From the NCBI GenBank assembly GCA_052168235.1, contig JBQLZK010000023.1:27739-91738 (forward strand): a stretch of 64,000 nucleotides of DNA, written 5' to 3'. Numbering within the stretch: the stretch's first letter is position 1; each line of letters begins with the position of its first letter. The stretch is from Thainema sp. GTDB lineage: Bacteria > Cyanobacteriota > Cyanobacteriia > Phormidesmidales > Phormidesmidaceae. The translations under genes and the position numbers were made by a program. Below the pieces are notes generated by a model. The model made no database searches. It was not told the DNA's origin and saw only the letters and a program-made list of their open reading frames with translations. This document shows positions 1-7,773 of the stretch, piece by piece.

Positions 1-416
1 TCGCTGAGCTGCTGGATCTGCTGGTCGGTGGTTAATTCCGCCAGGGTCAGCGTGACGCCTGGGACTTGATTGCGAAAGGTTTGCAAAATCCGGGGCAGTA
101 CGTTGTACATGGATGAACTAACGAATCCAATCACTAGCTGCCCAACTTCTCCCCGACTAGCCAACTGGCCTCGCTGAATGGCCCGATCCAACTGCCGGAA
201 AAGGGGGCGAATTTCATCTAGAAAAATCTGTCCCGCCTCGGTCAGTTGTACAACCCGCTTTGTGCGATAAAACAGAGCAAATCCTAATTCATCCTCAAGT
301 TGCCGGATTTGCTGACTCAGGGGTGGCTGCGCCATGTGGAGACGTTCGGCAGCCCGGCCAAAGTGCAGTTCTTCCGCAACGGCAATAAAGTAGCGCAAAT
401 GTCGCAGCTCAATCAA
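1..416 (-). CDS. LysR-family transcriptional regulator (5' part; runs off the window)
   Basis: Not in the ORF track. The reverse strand reads (TTG)IELRHLRYFIAVAEELHFGRAAERLHMAQPPLSQQIRQLE, a canonical LysR HTH. GGAGG lies upstream of the TTG at 416. Confidence 0.9.
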   Translation of the reverse strand, partial: MIELRHLRYFIAVAEELHFGRAAERLHMAQPPLSQQIRQLEDELGFALFYRTKRVVQLTEAGQIFLDEIRPLFRQLDRAIQRGQLASRGEVGQLVIGFVSSSMYNVLPRILQTFRNQVPGVTLTLAELTTDQQIQQLS

Positions 417-558
417 AGTTAGTGGTTTAAACCTCCTTCATTTCTCTAATTTCTATCTTTTGTTAGTGGCGTTAATTGGACGTTTTGAGGTTAGATGCGA
501 TCGCACTTGCTCGCTCTCAATGCAGCTTACAAATTAAACCTTCATTCCACAACGATCT

Positions 559-1359
559 ATGAAACCCTTGGATGGACAAATTGCCCTCGTTACAGGCGCT
601 AGCTCTGGTATTGGTATGGCGGTGGCCGTAGCACTAGCGGAAGCAGGTGCAAAAGTTGGCGTCAACTATTACAAAGGTGAGGAGAGCGCCAATCAGGTCG
701 TACAGCAAATTCAAAACCAGGCCGGTGATGCGATCGCGATTCAAGGAGATGTCAGCCAGGAAGAAGACGTCCTACGCATCTTTCAAACTATGAAAGATCA
801 GTATGGCACAATTGACATCTTGGTCAACAATGCTGGCATCCAAAAAGATAAACCATTCATCGAGATGACTATTGATGATTGGAACAAGGTAATTGGCATT
901 AATTTGACGGGGCAATTTTTGTGCGCTCGCGAGGCGATCAAAGAGTTTCTACAGCGGGGCGTTGTGCCCGAACGTTCCTGTGCGGCGGGCAAAATTATTT
1001 GCATGAGTTCGGTGCATGAGGAAATCCCCTGGGCGGGACACGTTAACTATGCCGCATCCAAGGGCGGCATCAAAATGATGATGGAAAGTATTGCGCAGGA
1101 ATACGCGGCTCAGAAAATTCGCGTTAATAGCATTGCGCCAGGTGCCATTAAAACTCCAATTAATCAGGATGCTTGGGATACACCGGCAGCGAAAGAGAAA
1201 CTACTACAGGTGATTCCTTATCAGCGGATCGGGGCTCCAGAAGATATTGGCCAAGCAACCGTTTGGCTGGCATCTGATGCATCAGACTACGTCACTGGCA
1301 CAACGCTTTATGTTGACGGTGGTATGACGCTTTATCCCGGTTTCACTACGAACGGTTAA
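559..1359 (+). CDS. SDR oxidoreductase, glucose 1-dehydrogenase-like
   Basis: TGASSGIG, NNAG, YAASK, SSVHE..PW and the C-terminal DGGMTLYP are typical of glucose 1-dehydrogenases. Confidence 0.85.
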   Translation: MKPLDGQIALVTGASSGIGMAVAVALAEAGAKVGVNYYKGEESANQVVQQIQNQAGDAIAIQGDVSQEEDVLRIFQTMKDQYGTIDILVNNAGIQKDKPFIEMTIDDWNKVIGINLTGQFLCAREAIKEFLQRGVVPERSCAAGKIICMSSVHEEIPWAGHVNYAASKGGIKMMMESIAQEYAAQKIRVNSIAPGAIKTPINQDAWDTPAAKEKLLQVIPYQRIGAPEDIGQATVWLASDASDYVTGTTLYVDGGMTLYPGFTTNG

Positions 1360-1518
1360 TCGGACATACAGTTTTGATCTATCCCGATTTGATCAATACC
1401 GAAAATAGTGCCTTGTCCCTACGAAAACCGTTCCTTACATGTGCAATGCCCAATCCTCAGTACTGACCTCATCTGTAGCGCTCAATCTGTAGCGCTAACT
1501 TTGAGAACTGGTATTTTG

Positions 1519-2835
1519 CTACCACTCCCGAAGTGCGATCGCAACTCCCTGACCCAGCGCGCTGTTCTCATCCAACTGCTGCTGAAGTTCCTGCAATCGT
1601 GTAAAAGCGGCATTGGGATTGAGCTGCTTTAAAGCTGCGATCGCATGAAAGCGCACGGCTGAATTGGTATCGGCCAGAAGCTGAATCAGTGGTTCCAGTG
1701 CTGTATCTTGGTCAAGCTGTCCTAAACCCAGAGCTGCCGCCTGCCGCACCGTATCGGAAAAAGACGGGTGAGTCATGGCGTGGGCTAGCAGTGGAGCGGC
1801 CTGCGATCGCAGGTCAGTATCCTGAATTTGACTCAGCCCCCGCACGATTTCGACCTGTACGTCGTCCTGCTCTAGCTTCAAGCCCTCAGCTAGCCCGTCT
1901 AGTGCCGTCTGCGATTCAATCCAGCTCAAGGTACGGGCCGCATTCACCCGCAGCGGCATCGGCGTATTGGGTGAATGCAGCACCTGCTGGAGAGCTTTTG
2001 CTGCCGCATCTGTGCCTAAGCGTCCCAGCGCAACCATCGCCTGACCGCACACGTCCAGGTTCAGATCCAGCAAGCAGGGCTGAATGTGAGCCACCAAGTC
2101 AATCTCGTTCAGCAAATCGCGTCGCCGACTCAGTCCAACCAGCGCTTCTCGCCGCACGGTGGATGCCGTATCCGCCAGCCCCTTCAGCAACACGGGTGTC
2201 ACCGCCGGATGGTGGAAACTGCCCAGTGCTTCAACTGTGATCGCACGAATTTGGGGCTGAGGTGAGTCCACAACCCGCAGCAGCGGCTCAATTGTTTCCA
2301 CGGTGCGGATTTGTGACAGTGCCTGTACGGCTGACAACTGCACGTCAGGATGATCCAGTAGATCCGCTAACGACTGAATGGCCGTGGAGCCGAGATTCGC
2401 TAAAGCCGAAGCAGCGATGGCCTGAAGTTCGTCATCCTCCGCTGTTTGTAGCAGTTCCGCCAGCACAAGAACGACTTCTGGCGCGTTGAAGTCACCCAGC
2501 AATCGCGCGGCAAACCAGCGCACTTCATCATCACAGTCTTCGTCTTGCACCAGGTCAATTAAAGGTGCGATCGCAGCGTTACCAAACTTCGGCACTAGTT
2601 TGGCGGCATCCCATCGGGACTGAAAATCCCCGTCAACTAAGCTTTGGATGGCTAAATCTAACGCGGTTTGGGTGTCGGCATCTTCGGCAGTCTCGCTATC
2701 GGGATTGGTGGGTTCAGGGGATGCAGACTCTCGCCCCGACCGATCGGGAGCGATGAAGCGTTCTAAATACTGATTGACCAACGACCAGTCCTGCTGCTGA
2801 GCCGCGGCTTGAGCCTGCTGCAATCCATCAACCAT
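1519..2835 (-). CDS. HEAT/PBS-lyase repeat protein, possibly NirB-like
   Basis: Repeated VR..AA.ALG / L..LL.D helices. Lies divergent from a nirA-type NtcA/NtcB promoter, like cyanobacterial nirB. The NirB identity is inference. Confidence 0.75.
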   Translation of the reverse strand: MVDGLQQAQAAAQQQDWSLVNQYLERFIAPDRSGRESASPEPTNPDSETAEDADTQTALDLAIQSLVDGDFQSRWDAAKLVPKFGNAAIAPLIDLVQDEDCDDEVRWFAARLLGDFNAPEVVLVLAELLQTAEDDELQAIAASALANLGSTAIQSLADLLDHPDVQLSAVQALSQIRTVETIEPLLRVVDSPQPQIRAITVEALGSFHHPAVTPVLLKGLADTASTVRREALVGLSRRRDLLNEIDLVAHIQPCLLDLNLDVCGQAMVALGRLGTDAAAKALQQVLHSPNTPMPLRVNAARTLSWIESQTALDGLAEGLKLEQDDVQVEIVRGLSQIQDTDLRSQAAPLLAHAMTHPSFSDTVRQAAALGLGQLDQDTALEPLIQLLADTNSAVRFHAIAALKQLNPNAAFTRLQELQQQLDENSALGQGVAIALREW

Positions 2836-3180
2836 GCAAGATTCACCTAAACCAAGAGCGCTCTTTATTTAATCCTATGACATTTGACTGGTACTTGATG
2901 TAAAAACTGCATAAAAGTAATGTTTTTAGTGCAACTAAATTGACCAGATTGCGAAATTTAATCGAAATCATATTTCAGTTTTTTGTGCAGTTGAAATTTT
3001 GATTCCATAACAACGAATTTCAGGATAATCACTAACTCAGCGAGGGTGAATACTATTTGCTAGAAGGAAATCTTGGTGGAGATACTTCTCATTTAGGATT
3101 TAGGTTTCGCAGTAGCTTGTTTGCAATGATTAGTCCAATCATTGCTTTTATTTCCCCCAAAATCGGTTGTTTGTAAAACG

Positions 3181-3212
3181 AATTATTTTGTATATAGAGC
3201 TACAAAATAATT
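3181..3212. promoter_or_regulatory. Distal NtcA box TGTA-N8-TACA (3189-3204) inside a 12-bp inverted repeat
   Basis: aattattttGTAtatagagcTACaaaataatt. Confidence 0.75.
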
Positions 3213-3228
3213 TGCGATCGCGAATTTT

Positions 3229-3264
3229 ATGCGATACCTGCATGAAGAATGTGCATTTTTTGCA
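3229..3264 (+). promoter_or_regulatory. NtcB-type LysR motifs: AT-N11-AT (3229-3243) and TGCA-N5-TGCA (3252-3264)
   Basis: ATgcgatacctgcAT and TGCAtttttTGCA, centred about -93 and -70 from an inferred TSS near 3329. Confidence 0.6.
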
Positions 3265-3280
3265 AAACCCTATTTTTTTT

Positions 3281-3322
3281 GTACTTAACTATACGAAAGG
3301 TACTGAATTACTTTTATAACCT
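3281..3322 (+). promoter_or_regulatory. Class II NtcA-activated promoter
   Basis: GTActtaactaTAC (3281-3294), exactly 22 nt, then TAACCT (TAN3T, 3317-3322). Confidence 0.8.
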
Positions 3323-3583
3323 TATTGGTGTAATAACTCCCAAGAGCTACTAAACAGATAGTGTGAGCAGTTGGCGCATTCGCCAGTTGCAGCTACTTTC
3401 AGTTGGCGGCGCAATTTGACGTGGGAATTTTACTTGAAAATCAAGAGGTAGTATGAGTGCCTTCCTGTGTTCTTAGTGTCAGCTAACACTGTATCTATTC
3501 AAGGCAAAATCAGAACTGCGAAATAGAAATAATTGCTTTTTGCAGATTTCCGTTGTTAATGATTAAGGGGAGCGGTCTCACTG

Positions 3584-4651
3584 ATGACTACAAAAACGGG
3601 GTTACAGATAGAGCTGCTAGAGCAGAGTTTCGAAAAAATTAAGCCTCAAGCGAACGATTTTGTGACTAGTTTCTACGATAATCTCTTCACGGATTATCCA
3701 GCCGCAAAGCCGCTATTTGCTCATACAAATATGTCTGAGCAAGGTAATAAATTGCTGATGTCTTTGGTGCTAGTCGTTGAAAATTTGCGTAAGCCAGAAG
3801 TACTGAGCAATACCCTAAAAGGTTTGGGCGCACGCCATGTTAAATATGGTGCGCTGCCAGAACATTATCCGTTAGTTGGCAACACGTTGCTAAAAACGTT
3901 CGAACAGTATCTGAGTGAGGATTGGACACCTGAAACCAAGCAGGCTTGGGTGGATGCCTACGGTGCCATCACCGAAATCATGCTGGATGGAGCTGATTAT
4001 TCCCAAGTTGAGGTGGATTTGGCCTCTGCGCCTGCACCTGCTGTGCCCGCAACGGATACTGAAACGGGACTGAAGGTGGAACTGCTAGAACAGAGCTTTG
4101 AGAAAGTGAAGCCGCAAGCTAATGCGTTTATTACTAGCTTCTACGACAATCTGTTCATCGACTATCCAGCCGCGAAGCCGTTGTTCGCCCATACCAACAT
4201 GGCGGAGCAGGGCAATAAGCTCTTGGCCTCTTTAGTTCTAGTTGTAGAAAACTTGCGCAAGCCGGACGTACTGAGTGGCAGCCTGAGAGGTTTGGGTGCT
4301 CGTCATGTCAAATATGGCGCACTGCCAGAGCACTACCCGCTCGTCGGCAATACGCTGCTGAAAACTTTTGAGCAGTATCTGGGTGAAGACTGGACACCTG
4401 CTACCAAGCAGGCTTGGACAGATGCCTATGGAGCGATTACCGAAATTATGCTTGATGGTGCCGATTACTCTCAGGCGGATGTCCAGCTTGATTCGGTTGA
4501 TCCTGCTTCTGTTGCAGCGGCAATGCCGACTGTTCCAGACGCATCACCAGCCGAACCAGCCAGCGAAGCTGCACCGATGAGTAGCAAAAAACTGGCTGCC
4601 TTTGGTGCCGGAGCACTGGGCATTATCGTTCTACTCATTCTCTTTTTGTAG
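3584..4651 (+). CDS. Tandem two-domain globin (flavohemoglobin/Vitreoscilla-type 3/3 fold) with a C-terminal membrane anchor
   Basis: Two near-identical repeats, each with SFYDNLF (B10 Tyr), PLF (CD1), EQG (E7 Gln), LGARHVKYG (F8 His) and EHYPLVG. Followed by an Ala/Pro linker and a hydrophobic tail (GALGIIVLLILFL). Confidence 0.9.
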   Translation: MTTKTGLQIELLEQSFEKIKPQANDFVTSFYDNLFTDYPAAKPLFAHTNMSEQGNKLLMSLVLVVENLRKPEVLSNTLKGLGARHVKYGALPEHYPLVGNTLLKTFEQYLSEDWTPETKQAWVDAYGAITEIMLDGADYSQVEVDLASAPAPAVPATDTETGLKVELLEQSFEKVKPQANAFITSFYDNLFIDYPAAKPLFAHTNMAEQGNKLLASLVLVVENLRKPDVLSGSLRGLGARHVKYGALPEHYPLVGNTLLKTFEQYLGEDWTPATKQAWTDAYGAITEIMLDGADYSQADVQLDSVDPASVAAAMPTVPDASPAEPASEAAPMSSKKLAAFGAGALGIIVLLILFL

Positions 4652-4669
4652 ACATCTTGGGGAGCTGTC

Positions 4670-5320
4670 ATGGCTGACCAGCGCCGCCGAAGATCCAGTT
4701 TGCGATCGCTACTTACCGTCAAGACCGCCATTATTTTCATCTGCATCGTGCTGATCGGCTGGGTTGGAACCGCCTTTGCGCTAGATAAAAAGACCATTTT
4801 TTTGCCAGGCGAAACGTCCGAAGGTCATTTTTTATTTGAAGCCTCCTGTTCCTCTTGCCACGAGGGATTTAAGCCCGTCAGTAACGACACCTGTATGCGC
4901 TGTCATGAAGCTGAAATGGCGGAGGATGCCCACGGCCCCAAGAAGTTTCGCGATCCGCGCTGGGCGGCTGAACTTGAAAAGTTGGAGGTACTAACTTGTA
5001 CGACCTGCCACAACGAGCATGTTCACATGTTTGGTCGGGGTGTACATCTGCAGCCCGATCTCTGTATGACCTGCCACGAGGGCATTATCAGCGGCGATCT
5101 AAAAAGTCACGACGGCTTTACCGCCGATGGCTGCTGGACAGCTGGTTGTCACAACTATCACGATCACCGCTCGATTTCCACCGGATTCATCCGCCAGAAT
5201 CTCGATCAGCCGATGATGTTGCCAACCCCGACTATGCCGGAACGCTTAGTAGAAGCTGAGTTAAAGACTGCACCAAACCCGGATCTGAGTCGTGAGTTCT
5301 TGGCGGGAGGTGCACCATGA
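4670..5320 (+). CDS. Exported multiheme c-type cytochrome (4 CXXCH + 1 CX4CH)
   Basis: CSSCH, CMRCH, CTTCH, CMTCH and CWTAGCH. Basic N-terminus and a hydrophobic stretch ending in AFA. Confidence 0.88.
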   Translation: MADQRRRRSSLRSLLTVKTAIIFICIVLIGWVGTAFALDKKTIFLPGETSEGHFLFEASCSSCHEGFKPVSNDTCMRCHEAEMAEDAHGPKKFRDPRWAAELEKLEVLTCTTCHNEHVHMFGRGVHLQPDLCMTCHEGIISGDLKSHDGFTADGCWTAGCHNYHDHRSISTGFIRQNLDQPMMLPTPTMPERLVEAELKTAPNPDLSREFLAGGAP

Positions 5321-6237
5321 TGCACTCTCCAAGAAGCTTAATATCCCGTCTGATTGCAACCCTGGCAGCGGCTCCCACCCACCTACTCACCTACCCTTCC
5401 ACGTTCACTACCTTAGCGAGAAACAGTCTAATCCTCTCCCTCGCAGTCTTAACTCTCGTCTTCAGCCCTGCCGTCCCAGCCGCTGCCGATATTACCGATG
5501 CTGAATTGGAGGAGATTACTCAGCTTTGGCAAGATAGTGCCCACGCTTTAGCCGATGTCAACTGTTCGAGCTGTCACTTGGCCGACGAAACGAACGCGCT
5601 GATTGCTCAGCCGACTCACGAGAGCTGCCAGTCGTGTCACGAGCAAGCGGTGGAAACCTTTCTGCTCGGCAAACACGGCATTCGGCTGCTGGAAGGACAG
5701 TCGCCGCTGACTCCGGCAATGGCTCGCCTTCCGATGCAGCCAGCCGCACACGGCAAGCAGATGAACTGCAACGCCTGCCACAACGTGCACTCAGTTGATA
5801 CCTACCAGGCGTCGGTTGATTCCTGTCTCACCTGCCACAACGACACCCACTCGTTGAACTACAAAAATTCCAAGCACGCCCAGCTCCTTCTGGCTGAAGG
5901 CGAGCTGCCCCGCCCGTCATCTGCATCTGTTACCTGTGCCACCTGTCACCTCCCTCGCCATGAATCGGCATCGGGCACGGTGCTCGTGAACCACAACAAC
6001 ACCTTCACGCTGCTACCCCGCGATCGCATGGTGAAAGAGGTCTGTCTGAACTGTCACGGCATGGAATATGGCTACAACAGCATCTTTGATGACGAACTGG
6101 TGGAATCCAATTTTGCCCGTCCCCCTGATCAAACCCTCCAGACTCTGGAGATGGTGCGCGCACTGGAGGAAACCCGGTCGGGCAGCGCATCAGCCTCGGA
6201 TTCTCAATCAGAATCTACTCCAGAATCAGGCTCATGA
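5317..6237 (+). CDS. Exported hexaheme c-type cytochrome
   Basis: CSSCH, CQSCH, CNACH, CLTCH, CATCH and CLNCH. Signal-like segment ending PAAA. ATGA overlap with the upstream gene. Confidence 0.88.
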   Translation: MMHSPRSLISRLIATLAAAPTHLLTYPSTFTTLARNSLILSLAVLTLVFSPAVPAAADITDAELEEITQLWQDSAHALADVNCSSCHLADETNALIAQPTHESCQSCHEQAVETFLLGKHGIRLLEGQSPLTPAMARLPMQPAAHGKQMNCNACHNVHSVDTYQASVDSCLTCHNDTHSLNYKNSKHAQLLLAEGELPRPSSASVTCATCHLPRHESASGTVLVNHNNTFTLLPRDRMVKEVCLNCHGMEYGYNSIFDDELVESNFARPPDQTLQTLEMVRALEETRSGSASASDSQSESTPESGS

Positions 6238-6344
6238 GGTGCCAAACCTCATGACCTAACTAGCGGATGCTCGCTCCCACACTCAAACACCATATTCAAA
6301 CCGATTTTAGTCCTGAGGCTAAAAACATTAGGAAGGAGAACGAC

Positions 6345-7007
6345 ATGATTGCAAATCACTATTTAAGCGGCTGGACGAGATGGCTACGCACCAAGACCGT
6401 TGCGTTTATTGCCATTATCCTCAGCGTTTGCGTTATTGCTGTGGGCTGTAGCAACAGCACCGCACAGCAGGATTCAGCGGATGGAGTTGCCCCAGAGTTG
6501 GTGGCGGATTATATTCACACCGCACTGGCGGCAGACCGCACGGCCTACACCAAGCACGTCGTCAACCGGGCTAAAACCCTAGAGGGCAAAGTCAAAGATG
6601 ATGGTGTCCTCGCAGTTGAAGCGACTGAAGGCTGGCAGCAAACCAATGGTATTCCCCTGCCTGCTCAGATGTTCCGTCTGGGTTCTGAGATCGCCTCAGA
6701 GGATGGCACCTTTACCTATAACCTGATTTCGCCTTGGAATATTAATGACAGCCAAGCTCCTAAAAATGAGTTTGAGCAAACAGCGATGCAGCAGGTTTTG
6801 GACACCGGAGAACCGTATAAGGACTATCAGGAAGTAGGTGGAATGCGCTATTTCTCGGCGCTGTATCCCGACATCGCGGTCGCGGAAGCCTGCGTCACTT
6901 GCCACAATACTCACCCGGTTCACCTCGAACGCTATCCCGATAAAGTGTTCGAGATGGGCGACGTGATGGGCGGCGTCATGATTAATATTCCTCTAGAAGG
7001 GGCTTAA
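6345..7007 (+). CDS. Tll0287/DUF3365-like monoheme c lipoprotein
   Basis: Lipobox-like IAVGC, single CVTCH, PAQMF..., and G.VMGG end. ATG 6345 follows AAGGAG (ORF track start 6267). Confidence 0.75.
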   Translation: MIANHYLSGWTRWLRTKTVAFIAIILSVCVIAVGCSNSTAQQDSADGVAPELVADYIHTALAADRTAYTKHVVNRAKTLEGKVKDDGVLAVEATEGWQQTNGIPLPAQMFRLGSEIASEDGTFTYNLISPWNINDSQAPKNEFEQTAMQQVLDTGEPYKDYQEVGGMRYFSALYPDIAVAEACVTCHNTHPVHLERYPDKVFEMGDVMGGVMINIPLEGA

Positions 7008-7011
7008 AGTT

Positions 7012-7049
7012 TTCCACAGAGGAGAAGGCTAGCCTTCTCCTCTGTGGAA
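7012..7049. repeat. Perfect intercistronic palindrome
   Basis: ttccacagaggagaaggct|agccttctcctctgtggaa. Confidence 0.8.
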
Positions 7050-7153
7050 TCACAGCAAAATTAGTGCGATCGCACCTTTTCAATCTTTCAACTTTCTGAC
7101 TTTTCAACTTTCCAACCTTTCACGACGGTGCTTCAATAGGCTTGACCCACGCC

Positions 7154-7759
7154 ATGAAACCCAGATTTGCTACGCTGATCATTTTGACGCTGGTGACGGC
7201 AGCTTTACTCCTGCCGTTTGCGTTTAGTGCAGGCTATTTAGATGTGCTGAGAAATCGTTCGGTCGATCTGCATCAGGTGTTGAGAGGTGAACTCTATAAG
7301 CAGGCTACGGGTTATTTATCGTTGACCTTCGTTGGGCTAGAAATGGCGTTAACGGTACGCAAACGCAGCCTCGGCTGGAAGTTCAAAATTCGCATTCCTG
7401 GCTCGATGCAGTTTTGGCGCAGTTTGCACATTTTTGCCGGAGTGGGCCTCGTTGCCTTAACGCTGGTGCACACGATTGGCTCGACGGGCGCTAATTTCAA
7501 CTCCGTTTTTCTCTGGGTCTTTTGGGGCGTAACGCTATCTGCATTAATCGGCGCAGTGGCTGAAACGGGCATTTTGGAATCCCCCCGCAAATACTTCGGC
7601 TTGGCATCATCCAAAGTCGGCAATCTAGCGCTCGGTACCACCAAAGGCCCCCTCATCCGAGGTTTACGCGCTTTCTGGTTATCGACGCACATTATCCTCG
7701 TCACCGTCTTCTGCCTCATGCTCGGCGTTCATATTTTTCTGGCCTACTACTACCAGTAA
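7154..7759 (+). CDS. Integral membrane protein, probable diheme b (cytochrome b/ferric-reductase-like)
   Basis: About 5 hydrophobic helices. Two His pairs 14 residues apart (LHIF...LVHT and THII...GVHI). Confidence 0.65.
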   Translation: MKPRFATLIILTLVTAALLLPFAFSAGYLDVLRNRSVDLHQVLRGELYKQATGYLSLTFVGLEMALTVRKRSLGWKFKIRIPGSMQFWRSLHIFAGVGLVALTLVHTIGSTGANFNSVFLWVFWGVTLSALIGAVAETGILESPRKYFGLASSKVGNLALGTTKGPLIRGLRAFWLSTHIILVTVFCLMLGVHIFLAYYYQ

Positions 7760-7773
7760 ACAGCAGTAACGTT

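Noticed and set aside
1..416. LysR gene as ntcB, given the nearby NtcB-type motifs
   Set aside because: The N-terminus (ELRHLRYF...MAQPPLSQQI) is the BenM/CatM-like type and does not match my recollection of NtcB (MRLEQLQAF...). It is more plausibly the regulator of the divergent SDR gene.
1689..2756. Plus-strand ORFs (183, 75 and 63 aa) and similar overlapping ORFs throughout the window (e.g. 11619-12266, 24192-24644, 27394-27837, 42730-43218)
   Set aside because: They are antisense or alternate-frame shadows of well-supported genes and have no motifs.
4670..6237. Multihemes as NrfA/NrfH, HAO or NapC
   Set aside because: There is no CXXCK, and the sizes and heme spacing do not fit these families by eye, so I left them unassigned.
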